A stretch of 56,617 nt of DNA. It comes from an uncultured Myxococcales bacterium. Lineage in GTDB: Bacteria; Myxococcota_A; Polyangia; Fen-1088. Positions 27,410-36,481 of the stretch are shown here, one piece after another. The notes under the pieces are model-generated. The model was given only the letters and a program-made list of their open reading frames with translations. It was not told the DNA's origin and did no database searches. How positions within the stretch are numbered: the stretch's first letter is position 1; each line of letters starts with the position of its first letter. The stretch is from NCBI GenBank assembly GCA_964431675.1, contig CAYSKR010000076.1, forward strand, positions 1 to 56,617. Direction: 5' to 3'. Made by a program: the position numbers and the translations under genes.

Positions 27410-28912
27410 TTAGTCTTCGAGCGGCGCACGTACTATCAGCGGTTCAGGCAATGTCACCTGGCTGCCGGGTTCGATCGGGATCTCCACCTCACGCGGCCCT
27501 GACACGATGACCATGTTGCGCGCGCCGCTGTGCAACGTCAGCGTGTAGCGTCCGGGAAGCACGCCGGTGATGCTGAAATTGCCCTCGCCGTCCAGATCAC
27601 CAACGGCGGGCTTTGGGAAGGCCAGCGGTGATCGGCTGACCAGGACCACGCGACCCCGCCCCTGCGGCGGGCCCTCTTCCTTGAGCAGCGCGCGGCCTGA
27701 CAGGCGGGCCCCCTTGTGCGTGAGCGCAAGTTTGACTTCGACCTCTTCCCCATCGGCCAGATCGATTTTCGTTGGCGGGTAGACCAGCATGTCGCGACGG
27801 CGGGCCCACACGTAATACGTCCCGGGCGCGAAGCGATCCTGTTCGAAGCGGCCCTCGGTTTTCGAACGCCAGGTGATGGGAAAGTTCGCCATCCCCGGCG
27901 CGCTTGATGGTACGGCGATGACCAGCGCGTTCGGCTCTCCCGTGGCGTCCGCGTCGAGAACCACGCCTCGAATGACCGTCGAACGCAACAACTTGATGGT
28001 CAGACGCGACGTCGGGGCGAGCACCGGTGCCTTGACGACCTGGGGCCGCCAGCCAAACCTGGAAATGCGGAGTGTGTAACGTTTTCCTTCGAGTCCCGAC
28101 AGCGTGAAGGCTCCATCTTCGCCGGTGTGGCCTTCGCTGACCTCGACCGCATCCTCGGGATTGCGCACCGCCTGCACCAGCGCTCCGACCACGGCACTCC
28201 CAGTTGCAGCACTGAGCACGTGGCCCCGGATCACCGTTTCGGGCCCGAGGCGGAATACCCGCGGGGCGGCTGCCGGGCGCGAATCGATGCGCTCGGTGCT
28301 GAGGCGTTCGACGAACTCGCTTGCAAGACCGGGAGCGCTCATGCGCAACGTGTACGTCCATGGGCCGGTGCGCAGGCGCAGACGAAACGTACCGTCCTTG
28401 CCGGACGTCTCATCGCCGAGCGGGGTCAGGACCGATCCCCTGCCCAACCAGGCGCGGATTTTCGCGCTCTCGACGCGCTTGCCAGCCTCATCGACTAGGC
28501 GCCCCGCCAGAACAACCTCCGGGCGGTCCGCCGTCTCGCGGTTCCACACCGCCCTTCGATACGCCAGCTCGGAGTCGACCACGCACGTCGGCTCGCCCCG
28601 CCACGGCACGGCGCAGTCCGGAGTGACCGACGAGCAGAACTCGACGCAGTTTTCGGGATCCTTGGGCTCGCACAGCATCGGCCGAACCTCGTCGGGATCC
28701 AATAGCGGTGCCTCATTGTCCTTGCCAGCGCAAAGCAGACAACTGTCCTCCAGTTCGCGGCACAGCAAATCCGTGCGGCCTGACCATGGGGAACCCGCGT
28801 CGCGGGCGGCTGCCACCTCGCGCGAGCGCCGACAGCCTGGGTGAAGGGACACAAGCGCCAGCAGCGCGGCAAACGCCAGCGGCCCGGCCACGAAGCGGTG
28901 CTGAAAGAACAT
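27410..28912 (-). CDS. lipoprotein with tandem carboxypeptidase-regulatory-like (CarboxypepD_reg) domains
   Basis: ORF 27410..29092, start at M61 (MFFQHRFVAGPLAFAALLALVSLHPGC). Repeated beta-sandwich segments: LAGRLVDEAGKRV, IRGHVLSAATGSAVVGALV, IRGVVLDADATGEPNALV, LSGRALL...GNFSITGVLPGRYTLTL. Confidence 0.7.
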   Translation of the reverse strand: MFFQHRFVAGPLAFAALLALVSLHPGCRRSREVAAARDAGSPWSGRTDLLCRELEDSCLLCAGKDNEAPLLDPDEVRPMLCEPKDPENCVEFCSSVTPDCAVPWRGEPTCVVDSELAYRRAVWNRETADRPEVVLAGRLVDEAGKRVESAKIRAWLGRGSVLTPLGDETSGKDGTFRLRLRTGPWTYTLRMSAPGLASEFVERLSTERIDSRPAAAPRVFRLGPETVIRGHVLSAATGSAVVGALVQAVRNPEDAVEVSEGHTGEDGAFTLSGLEGKRYTLRISRFGWRPQVVKAPVLAPTSRLTIKLLRSTVIRGVVLDADATGEPNALVIAVPSSAPGMANFPITWRSKTEGRFEQDRFAPGTYYVWARRRDMLVYPPTKIDLADGEEVEVKLALTHKGARLSGRALLKEEGPPQGRGRVVLVSRSPLAFPKPAVGDLDGEGNFSITGVLPGRYTLTLHSGARNMVIVSGPREVEIPIEPGSQVTLPEPLIVRAPLED

Positions 28913-28934
28913 CGCCTGCACGTGAATAGACGTT

Positions 28935-29603
28935 GTGGTGCCGGGGTTCAAGTCAATGGTAGAGAAGGCGTTCGTGAACGCCCCTCGCGCCCTCTTTGTG
29001 GTCCTTGAAGGAATCGACGGTGCCGGAACCACCACGCAAACCGAGCGGTTGGTAGGGCACCTGCAGCACAGGGGTAGGCGCGCCCACGCCACCCGCGAGC
29101 CCAGCGCTGGCCCCGTGGGCAGGCTGCTCCGCGAACTCCTGCTTGGGCAACATCGGATTTCAGATGAGGAGTCGGTTCATGGACGAACCATGGCTCTGCT
29201 GTTTGCCGCCGACCGACTCGATCACCTGCAGCGCGAGATCGAACCAGCGCTTGCAACGGAAACTGACGTCGTATCCGATCGCTACCACCTGTCGTCGCTG
29301 GCCTATCAGGCCGAGGAAGCTGATCGCGATTGGGTCGCCACCCTGCCCCGCAGTCTGCGCGTGCCCGACCTGACGGTGTTGGTCGACGTGCCCATCGACG
29401 AGGCGGCGCGCAGGCGGGCGGGCGCCGGGCGCCCGGTGGAGCGATACGACGCGGACGCCGTCCTTGCCCGCGTGGCCGATAATTATCGACGTCTCATCGC
29501 CCTCACCCCGAACGCGGTGACCGTCGACGGCCGTCCCCCGGTTGACGAGGTCGCGAGGGCGATTGCATCGGCCGTCGATCGCTTGCTGGAACAAGCTCGA
29601 TGA
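28935..29603 (+). CDS. tmk: dTMP (thymidylate) kinase
   Basis: FVVLEGIDGAGTTTQ P-loop, ATREPSAGPVG, DRYHLSSLAYQ. Alternative start ATG 28956. Confidence 0.9.
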   Translation: MVPGFKSMVEKAFVNAPRALFVVLEGIDGAGTTTQTERLVGHLQHRGRRAHATREPSAGPVGRLLRELLLGQHRISDEESVHGRTMALLFAADRLDHLQREIEPALATETDVVSDRYHLSSLAYQAEEADRDWVATLPRSLRVPDLTVLVDVPIDEAARRRAGAGRPVERYDADAVLARVADNYRRLIALTPNAVTVDGRPPVDEVARAIASAVDRLLEQAR

Positions 29604-30115
29604 AGCGCATGCCTGGCGCGGTGCTGGCCCTGGTCGGGTTCCTGGGCGGCTGTGCGTCCGCGACCTCCGCCCCGCCCGCCCCGCCCGCTCCTCCGTCGGG
29701 TCCGCTGTACGCAGCGGTGCCGCCGGCTGCGGTGCCAGATGCGGCGGTGGCACCCGCCAAAACGGCGACCTGCGAAGCTTTCAAGCGTCCCGGCGTGTTG
29801 CGGCGATCCGCGGTAATTCAAACCGTGGACGCAGGTCTCGGCCGCTGGCTGGGGAACGTCGACGTCGTCCGGCAGCCCGACAAGGGACGCTTCAAGGGTT
29901 GGCTCTTGCGGACCATCCTGTCTGGGGAGCCCTGTTTTATTCTGGCCGACTTGCGCTCGGGCGACGTCGTGGTTCGAGTAAACGGGAAGTCCATCGAGCG
30001 GCCCGAACTGGCAAGCGACGTGTTTGAGGCGCTGCGCGGGGCACCCGGTCTCGTCATCGATTCAATTCGTGCGGGGAAAGCGCGAGCCGTCAAAATCCTC
30101 ATCGAGTCGGACTGA
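29600..30115 (+). CDS. lipoprotein with PDZ-like C-terminal domain
   Basis: Lipobox LVGFLGGC, Pro/Ala linker, then LLRTILSGEPCFILADLRSGDVVVRVNGKSIERPE (PDZ-like). ATGA overlap with tmk. Confidence 0.6.
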   Translation: MKRMPGAVLALVGFLGGCASATSAPPAPPAPPSGPLYAAVPPAAVPDAAVAPAKTATCEAFKRPGVLRRSAVIQTVDAGLGRWLGNVDVVRQPDKGRFKGWLLRTILSGEPCFILADLRSGDVVVRVNGKSIERPELASDVFEALRGAPGLVIDSIRAGKARAVKILIESD

Positions 30116-30124
30116 AACACGCTC

Positions 30125-31930
30125 TCAGTGCTTCGCGGGCGCAGCGGGCGCAGCGGGCGCAGCGGGCGCGGCAGCGGCAGGCACTGGTGCCGACGTCGGT
30201 GTCGGCGCGACGGGTGGCGGTGGCGGTGGCGGTGGCACGTGCTTGGCTTCGGTAGCTGGCGCTGGGTGCGCTGACGGGGCTTCTTCCGTTTTTCCGCGCA
30301 TCGCGAACACAACGATGACACCGACGAGCAGCAGGAGGCCCACTATCACGACGATCCGGGTGCGTCGCCCGTCATTCACCTCGCTGAGGATCTCCTTCTC
30401 GCTCATCCGTTCGCCGGTCACCCGGGCGGAGATAGCGGGGGCACCAGCCATGGTGCCCCCACTGCGCAGCGAGAATTTCTTGCGGTCGTCCACGCTGACG
30501 GATCCGTCGTCCACGTAGCGATCTTCGAGCGGACGAATGTCTTCAGCGACGGCAACCGCCGCTGCCACCTCGCCCACCTCCGCCGGTTTGCCGCCGACAA
30601 CCATTTTCGCCTTGGCTTCGGCGATCATGGTCTCCACGTCGCCCTTTTTGAACCAAAGGGTCTCGCGAAACGCACCGCCACTTTGCGCGCCAGCGGGCTT
30701 CGCGGCAGGCCTGTCCGGCACAGGCTTTTCAGTTGGCTTGAGCGCTGGGGCCGCGGGGGCAGCCGGGGCCGCAGGCTTCGCGGCTGCCGCCGGGGCCGCG
30801 AGCGGCGGGGCGGTCGCAGCCATGGCCAGCGCGGTCGCCGCCATGGCGCGTGCAGGCATCGGCACTGGGTCTGGTGCCCTCTCCGGAGCCACGACCACGG
30901 GTTGTGCGCCGCTGGATTCGCCGCCGCCCTTCGCTGCCAGTGCTTTGGCCACCAAATTTTGAACCTCGGCCTGACCGCCGGTGAACAACATCGTCTTGGC
31001 GAAGCCGGCATCCTTGGTGGCATTTGCCGCAGGCGCGGCAAGTGACTCAACTTCTGACAGAAACAGGCGCAAGGTCAGGTGGCGGCGACTCGAGTTCTTA
31101 TCGAGCGCCTTCAGGATCACCCGGTCCAGCTCGGGCGGCAGATTCCCTTCCGGACGACGCTGGCTTGGCGCGAGCGGCGGACTCGACACGTGCAAATCGA
31201 GCACCGCTTGCGGCGACGCCGCCTGGAACGGCGCTTCGCCCGTCAGCATGTGATACAGAATCGCAGCCAGGCTGTAGGTGTTTGATCGCTGATCAATGGG
31301 CTTGCCCTGCGCCTGCTCGGGCGAGACGTACGCTGCAACTCCCATCACCTTGTCCGTGGTGGGGACGGCCACCGGGAAGTTGATCAGCTTCACGTCATTC
31401 GACGCCGCGACGAGGATGTTCTTGGCCGCCAGGTCGCGGTGAACCACGCCGACTTTTTGCGCTTCAAACAGGGCTTGCCCGACCTGCGCAACGATGGACT
31501 TCGCGCGGTCGAACGCCAGCGGCCCGTGTTTCAGCAGCCGGTCAAGGGGTTCGCCCGCGCACAGCTCCATCGCCACCCACAAACGCTCGTCCGGTGTCTT
31601 GCCGCAATCGACAATCGCTGCCAGGTGCGGGTTTTGGGCACGGATCAGTTGCTTGAATTCGCGTTCGGCTCGCGTCACGGCGTCCGCGTCGGGCAGCGCC
31701 GCTCTGGACACGACCTTGTAGGCAACCTCGGCTCCGCCGCGCGTGTCCTTGGCGCGCGAGACTTCTCCAGAGGCATCCCCCCCGAGTTTGCCCAGGATTT
31801 CGAACCGCGCGGCAGGGGCCTCTTGCACCGGCGTCAGGCGCTGCGGGCCGCCGTCGGTTGCACAGCTTTCCTGCGGGCAAAAGTTGGCGTCGTCGGAGTA
31901 CTTCTGTTTACAGGTCGGGCAAAGTTTCAT
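30125..31930 (-). CDS. zinc-ribbon + Hanks-type kinase-like protein with C-terminal membrane anchor (atypical catalytic motifs)
   Basis: 601 aa. CPTCKQKYSDDANFCPQESC, Gly-loop LGGDASGEV, VAYK, HRDLAAKN, NFP where DFG is expected, SPE. Ala/Pro-rich linker, TM helix IVVIVGLLLLVGVIVVFAM, Pro/Ala tail. Confidence 0.85.
   Translation of the reverse strand: MKLCPTCKQKYSDDANFCPQESCATDGGPQRLTPVQEAPAARFEILGKLGGDASGEVSRAKDTRGGAEVAYKVVSRAALPDADAVTRAEREFKQLIRAQNPHLAAIVDCGKTPDERLWVAMELCAGEPLDRLLKHGPLAFDRAKSIVAQVGQALFEAQKVGVVHRDLAAKNILVAASNDVKLINFPVAVPTTDKVMGVAAYVSPEQAQGKPIDQRSNTYSLAAILYHMLTGEAPFQAASPQAVLDLHVSSPPLAPSQRRPEGNLPPELDRVILKALDKNSSRRHLTLRLFLSEVESLAAPAANATKDAGFAKTMLFTGGQAEVQNLVAKALAAKGGGESSGAQPVVVAPERAPDPVPMPARAMAATALAMAATAPPLAAPAAAAKPAAPAAPAAPALKPTEKPVPDRPAAKPAGAQSGGAFRETLWFKKGDVETMIAEAKAKMVVGGKPAEVGEVAAAVAVAEDIRPLEDRYVDDGSVSVDDRKKFSLRSGGTMAGAPAISARVTGERMSEKEILSEVNDGRRTRIVVIVGLLLLVGVIVVFAMRGKTEEAPSAHPAPATEAKHVPPPPPPPPVAPTPTSAPVPAAAAPAAPAAPAAPAKH
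30134..30169. repeat. 9-bp tandem repeat (GCGGGCGCA x4) at the 3' end of the kinase gene
   Basis: Four head-to-tail copies, the last with one substitution. Encodes the (PAA)n tail on the minus strand. Confidence 0.8.
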
Positions 31931-31967
31931 CCGGCTCCCGCTTGGTGGGTCGTCCCGTCACGGAACC

Positions 31968-32180
31968 TTACGCACGAGACAACAATGCCGAGGTGCCCTT
32001 TACTGCGACTGCGACTGCGATTGCCGCTGCCGGGGCCGCTTGACCAGGCTCGCCCATGCCGGCGAACAGTTCGCTGCTCGCAAGCGTCGACTTGCGGCTC
32101 TCGAGGCGCTTGCGCTTGCGGCCAGCGTTCGCGTGCTGGCGCACGCGGCGTTTCCAAGTCTGTCTCGTGTTCGATGCCAT
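31968..32180 (-). CDS. possible small basic protein (70 aa), function unknown
   Basis: ORF 31968..32273, start at M32: MASNTRQTWKRRVRQHANAGRKRKRLESRKSTL... Sits in the 300-nt gap between relA/spoT and the kinase on the same strand. The first ~40 codons show GC3 bias. Confidence 0.35.
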   Translation of the reverse strand: MASNTRQTWKRRVRQHANAGRKRKRLESRKSTLASSELFAGMGEPGQAAPAAAIAVAVAVKGTSALLSRA

Positions 32181-32232
32181 GGCGGACAACCGTCTAGCAA
32201 GCCCCGGTGCTGGCGTCAAACATGTTCGCCCG

Positions 32233-34446
32233 TCAAACCCGTTCGACCGAGAGCACGCCTGGCAGTGCAGCAAGGGCCTTCGTCACCTGCTTGAGCTGAT
32301 CGACGTGTCCAACCATGACCTGGAAGGTGTTGCGCCCGCGCTGTTCGACTGTCCTGCACTTGGCCTGCGCGATGTTGACCCCGTGGTCGGTGAAGCAACG
32401 GGAGATGGCCGCCAGTATTCCGGGCTGATCCTCGCAGCTAACTTCCAGGGTCACGGGGCGCGGGGCGTGGGTGCCCTGGTCCCATGCGACTTCAACTTTG
32501 CGCGCCGGATCCAGGTCAAACGTCTTCTGGCATTCTCGCGTGTGGACGATGACTCCGCGCCCGCGGCTGATGAACGCCACGATCGAATCGCCCGGAACTG
32601 GGCTGCAGCACTTGGCAAACCGCACGACGAAGTCTGCTTCACCCTGAACCCGGACCCCACTGATTGATTTGCGAATAGCGCGCCGGGCAAGGAGTGTCCC
32701 CGGATCGGGCTCCACTTCGCCAGGGGTCACAGCCGGGCTCTCTTCGAGCTGGGGATAGACGGCCAGCGCAGCCTCTTCGGGTGACACCTTGCCGTAACCC
32801 ACCAGCGCCAGCAGATCGTCCGCGCCGCCGACCCGCAACGTGGCCGCCGCTTGCAAGAGCAGGTTGTCCTTCTCCGCCGCGCCGAATGAGTGGTTGCGCG
32901 CGCGCAGGGCACGCGCAAGGAGGTCCGCTCCCACTTTTTTTCCGCGCGCGCGCTGCTCGATGCGCAGGTAAGTGCGAATGCGCGCCTTGGCGCGGCTCGT
33001 GGTGACGAATTTAAGCCAGTCCGTCGAAGGCTTTTGAGTGCTCGACGTCAGGATGTCGATGGTGTCGCCATTGCGGAGCTGATACCGCAACGGTACGATC
33101 ACGCCGTTGATGCGTGCGCCGGAGCAGCGATCGCCGATCTTCGAGTGAACCGCGTACGCAAAGTCGATGGGCGTCGCTCCCTTGGGGAGCGCCTTGACGT
33201 CACCCTTGGGGGTAAAGACGAAGACGTCTTCCTCGAGCATGTCGAGTTTCACCGTCTCGATGAACTCGGTGGGATCCTTCAGGTCGCGCTGAAACTCCAG
33301 CAGTTGATGCAACCACGCGAACGCCTTACCGTCCGCAGCACCGGGTGGCTGGCTTTCTTTGTAACGCCAGTGGGCCGCGATGCCGTGCTCGGCGGTGTGG
33401 TGCATGTCGCTGGTGCGGATCTGCACCTCGATGCGGTCCGAGCGCGGCCCAATCACCGTCGTGTGCAGCGACTGGTACAGGTTGGGCTTGGGCAGCGCGA
33501 TGAAATCCTTGAAGCGCCCGGGCACGGGAGTCCAGCGCGAATGCACGACCCCGAGAGCTGCGTAACAGTCGCGCACCGAGGGCACCACGACACGAAATCC
33601 CACGAGATCATAAATTTGATCGACGTCGTCGCGGCCGGATTTCTTCATCTTCTGATGGATGGACCACAGGTGCTTGGCCCGACCCGAAACCTCGCCGACG
33701 AGGTCTGCTTCCCGCAGGGCCGCGCGAATTTTTTCGCAAACCTCTTCAATGTTGGCGGCGCGCGAGGACTCCGTGCCGGTCATTTTTTCGAGCAGGGCGG
33801 CGTGGTCGGTTGGTTCCAGATACAAAAAGCACAGATCTTCAAGCTCGATCTTCAGCCACTGGATGCCCAGGCGGTTGGCCATCGGCGCATAAATGTCCCG
33901 CGTTTCGCGCGCGATGCGCTCGCGCTTGTCCTCGGGCATGTGCCGCAGGGTGCGCATGTTGTCCACGCGATCGGCGAGCTTGATCAGGATGACCCGGATG
34001 TCCCGCGCCATCGCCAGGAGCATCTTGCGGAAGTTTTCGGCCTGGCGTTCTTCACGCGTGTTCCACGCGACCTGCCCGAGCTTGGTCACCCCCTCGACCA
34101 GGGTCTGAATGTCGGGCCCAAACGCCTTGCCGATGTCCTCGGGCGTGGCGCTCGTGTCCTCCACGCAATCGTGCAACAGGCCCGCGCACACCGACGCCAC
34201 ATCGAGGTGCAACTCCGAGATGATGCGGGCGACGCCAATCGGATGCACCAGGTAGGGATCGCCGGATCGCCGGAGTTGCCCCGCGTGGCGCAGCTCGGCG
34301 AACTCAAACGCCCGACGAACAAGCTCCAGGTTCGCGGCGGGCTCGTGCGTGCGCAGGGCCGAGTACACCGGTTCCATCAAGGCCGCCATGTCCGCGGTCC
34401 CTTCGCCAGCGTGCCGCGAAATCTGATGTGCCAGCGCCACGCTCAA
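32233..34446 (-). CDS. spoT: bifunctional (p)ppGpp synthetase/hydrolase RelA/SpoT homologue
   Basis: 737 aa. HD domain (RRSGDPYLVHPIGVA, LLHDCVEDT), synthetase (YRSLHT-like QSLHTTV), TGS (FVFTPKGDVKALPKGATPIDFAYAVH), C-terminal ACT. Confidence 0.95.
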   Translation of the reverse strand: MSVALAHQISRHAGEGTADMAALMEPVYSALRTHEPAANLELVRRAFEFAELRHAGQLRRSGDPYLVHPIGVARIISELHLDVASVCAGLLHDCVEDTSATPEDIGKAFGPDIQTLVEGVTKLGQVAWNTREERQAENFRKMLLAMARDIRVILIKLADRVDNMRTLRHMPEDKRERIARETRDIYAPMANRLGIQWLKIELEDLCFLYLEPTDHAALLEKMTGTESSRAANIEEVCEKIRAALREADLVGEVSGRAKHLWSIHQKMKKSGRDDVDQIYDLVGFRVVVPSVRDCYAALGVVHSRWTPVPGRFKDFIALPKPNLYQSLHTTVIGPRSDRIEVQIRTSDMHHTAEHGIAAHWRYKESQPPGAADGKAFAWLHQLLEFQRDLKDPTEFIETVKLDMLEEDVFVFTPKGDVKALPKGATPIDFAYAVHSKIGDRCSGARINGVIVPLRYQLRNGDTIDILTSSTQKPSTDWLKFVTTSRAKARIRTYLRIEQRARGKKVGADLLARALRARNHSFGAAEKDNLLLQAAATLRVGGADDLLALVGYGKVSPEEAALAVYPQLEESPAVTPGEVEPDPGTLLARRAIRKSISGVRVQGEADFVVRFAKCCSPVPGDSIVAFISRGRGVIVHTRECQKTFDLDPARKVEVAWDQGTHAPRPVTLEVSCEDQPGILAAISRCFTDHGVNIAQAKCRTVEQRGRNTFQVMVGHVDQLKQVTKALAALPGVLSVERV

Positions 34447-34448
34447 GC

Positions 34449-35093
34449 TTACCTTGTCGCCGAGGAATCGTCGGCGGCGGCCTCGGCCAGAAGCGCCTGG
34501 GCCAGGGGTTCGGCGCGCCCGCGGGTAAAGTGTGCACCGACGTAGATGGCAGAGAGGTGCGCAAACGCCCGGTCGATGTCGTCGTTCGGCACGAGGTAGT
34601 CATAGTCGACGTAGTGCCCGAGTTCTTCTCGCGCCGTCGCCAGCCGCCGCGCAATGACTTCGGCGGTGTCGGTTGCGCGTTGCCGCAGCCTGCGTTCCAG
34701 TTCCTTCATCGACGGCGGCAGGATGAAACAAAGCAAGCTGTCGTTTGGCCACCGCGAACGAATCTGCCGCCCGCCCTGATGGTCGATGTCGAACAGGCAG
34801 TCGGTTCCCGACGACACCGTTGCATGGACCGTGGCCACCGCGGTGCCGTAACGGTTTCCGTGAACCCACGCCCATTCGGCAAATTCGCTGTTCTCCACCA
34901 TCCTGGTGAACTCTGTTCCATCAATGAAGTGGTAGTCGCGCCCCTGCACTTCCCCGGCGCGCGGTGCCCGCGTGGTGTACGAGACGGAAAACGCCAGGTT
35001 GTGCGCGGCAGCCAGCTTGTGAGCGAGCGTGGTCTTGCCCGCGCCCGAGGGCGACGAGATGACAAACAGAATTCCTTTTTGCCTCACCGTCAC
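34449..35093 (-). CDS. gmk: guanylate kinase
   Basis: GILFVISSPSGAGKTTL P-loop, SVSYTTRAPRAGEVQGRDYHF, EWAWVHGNRYGT. Confidence 0.95.
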   Translation of the reverse strand: MTVRQKGILFVISSPSGAGKTTLAHKLAAAHNLAFSVSYTTRAPRAGEVQGRDYHFIDGTEFTRMVENSEFAEWAWVHGNRYGTAVATVHATVSSGTDCLFDIDHQGGRQIRSRWPNDSLLCFILPPSMKELERRLRQRATDTAEVIARRLATAREELGHYVDYDYLVPNDDIDRAFAHLSAIYVGAHFTRGRAEPLAQALLAEAAADDSSATR

Positions 35094-36040
35094 GCCGGGG
35101 TTTCCTTGGTGTACCAGTCGATGGTGCGCTTCAGCCCTTCATCGAACCGCACCCGCGGCGAGTAGCCGAGCCGCTGCCGCGCAAGGCCGATGTCCGCCAG
35201 CGAATGCCGGATGTCGCCCGCCCGGGAAGCCTCGAACACAGGCTCGATCTTGCGGCCAAGGGTTTCTCCGATGAGCGCGATGACCTCGTTCAGGCTGGTC
35301 GCGGCGCCACACGCAATGTTGAAAGCCCGCCCCGAGGCAAGGGCGACCGGGGCATCCGCAGCCAGCAGGTTTGCATCGACCACGTTGTCCAGAAAGCAGA
35401 AATCGCGCGACTGGGTTCCATCGCCGTAGATCACCGGCCGCTGCCCGGCCAGAGCGGCGGTCACGAAGCGCGGAATCACCGCCGCGTACTGCGATTTGGG
35501 ATCTTGCCGTGGTCCAAACACATTGAAGTACCGCAGCACCACGGTTTCGAGACTGAACACGCGCGCGTAAACTTGACAGTAAAACTCGCCCGCCAACTTG
35601 CTGACCGCGTAGGGCGACAGCGGCGCGGTCGCCATCGTTTCCACCTTGGGCAAGGTGGGCGTCTCGCCGTAGGCCGAGGACGAGGCGGCGTACATGACCC
35701 GCCTTACCCCTGCTTTCCGGGCAGCTTCGAGCACCATCAGCGTGCCTGTGGCATTGGCTTCGTGGCTTGCAACGGGAGCCGCAATCGACCGCGGTATCGA
35801 TGGCACGGCCGCTTGGTGAAAAACAATTTCGATTCCGTCGACCGCGGCACCGAGCGCAGCGGGGTCAAGGATGCTCCCCTCGCGAACGTCGATCACGCCG
35901 GGCATGCCTTCCAGGTTCGAGCGCTTGCCTGACGCAAAATTGTCGAGGACGCGAACGGCGTCTCCCCGGGTTCCGAGGGCGCGAACCAATGCGGATCCGA
36001 TGAATCCGGCTCCGCCTGTGACCAGGACTCTTCTTGGCAT
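35090..36040 (-). CDS. SDR-family NAD-dependent epimerase/dehydratase (UDP-sugar 4-epimerase-like)
   Basis: ORF 35090..36073, start at M12. RVLVTGGAGFIGSALV, AASSSAYG, SPYAVSK (YxxxK), RYFNVFGPRQD. 4-nt overlap with gmk. Confidence 0.85.
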   Translation of the reverse strand: MPRRVLVTGGAGFIGSALVRALGTRGDAVRVLDNFASGKRSNLEGMPGVIDVREGSILDPAALGAAVDGIEIVFHQAAVPSIPRSIAAPVASHEANATGTLMVLEAARKAGVRRVMYAASSSAYGETPTLPKVETMATAPLSPYAVSKLAGEFYCQVYARVFSLETVVLRYFNVFGPRQDPKSQYAAVIPRFVTAALAGQRPVIYGDGTQSRDFCFLDNVVDANLLAADAPVALASGRAFNIACGAATSLNEVIALIGETLGRKIEPVFEASRAGDIRHSLADIGLARQRLGYSPRVRFDEGLKRTIDWYTKETPA

Positions 36041-36100
36041 AACTCCCCAGGTTGTACCCCGAACCGGGCGCATCGCGCCAAGGACGATAGCGCCTCGGCT

Positions 36101-36310
36101 TCAGCGCTCTCCCGGCGCTTGCGCCCTTGCAAGGTCGGCGAGTTGCGCGACCGCCCTATCCAGCCCCGGCAGAGACATGGTGACTGCCCCCGCTCTCGCC
36201 GTCGCTAGTGACGGCGTCGCTGCCCCACGCGTTGCATTCACGCCGACCGCGATTCCAATACCTGCCGCGGCCACAGCCCAGATGATCCAGTGATTCTTTT
36301 TTGTACTCAT
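36101..36310 (-). CDS. possible small membrane protein (69 aa)
   Basis: ORF 36101..36409, start at M34: MSTKKNHWIIWAVAAAGIGIAVGV... One N-terminal TM helix. Weak coding evidence. Confidence 0.35.
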   Translation of the reverse strand: MSTKKNHWIIWAVAAAGIGIAVGVNATRGAATPSLATARAGAVTMSLPGLDRAVAQLADLARAQAPGER

Positions 36311-36481
36311 TTGCCTACGGTATCCCACCTTTGGGTACAAGCAAGTTTTTTGGGTGTTTTTGGACCATGTCTGATAGAACACTCGTCGTTCGTGTCCACC
36401 AGAACCCACATACAGTTCTTCCAGTTCTTCTCTCCGTGGCGTTCAGGATGGCCCAAACCCGCGAGGAAATTGGAGACGCGC

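Noticed and set aside
36311-36481. Looked for a sigma-54 (TGGCAC-N5-TTGC) promoter and a structured RNA in the AT-richer region upstream of the large lipoprotein gene.
   Set aside because: The nearest match (TGGACC-N5-TGATA) lacks the conserved GC of the -12 element. The imperfect repeat GTATCCCA...TTGGGTAC is too weak to call.
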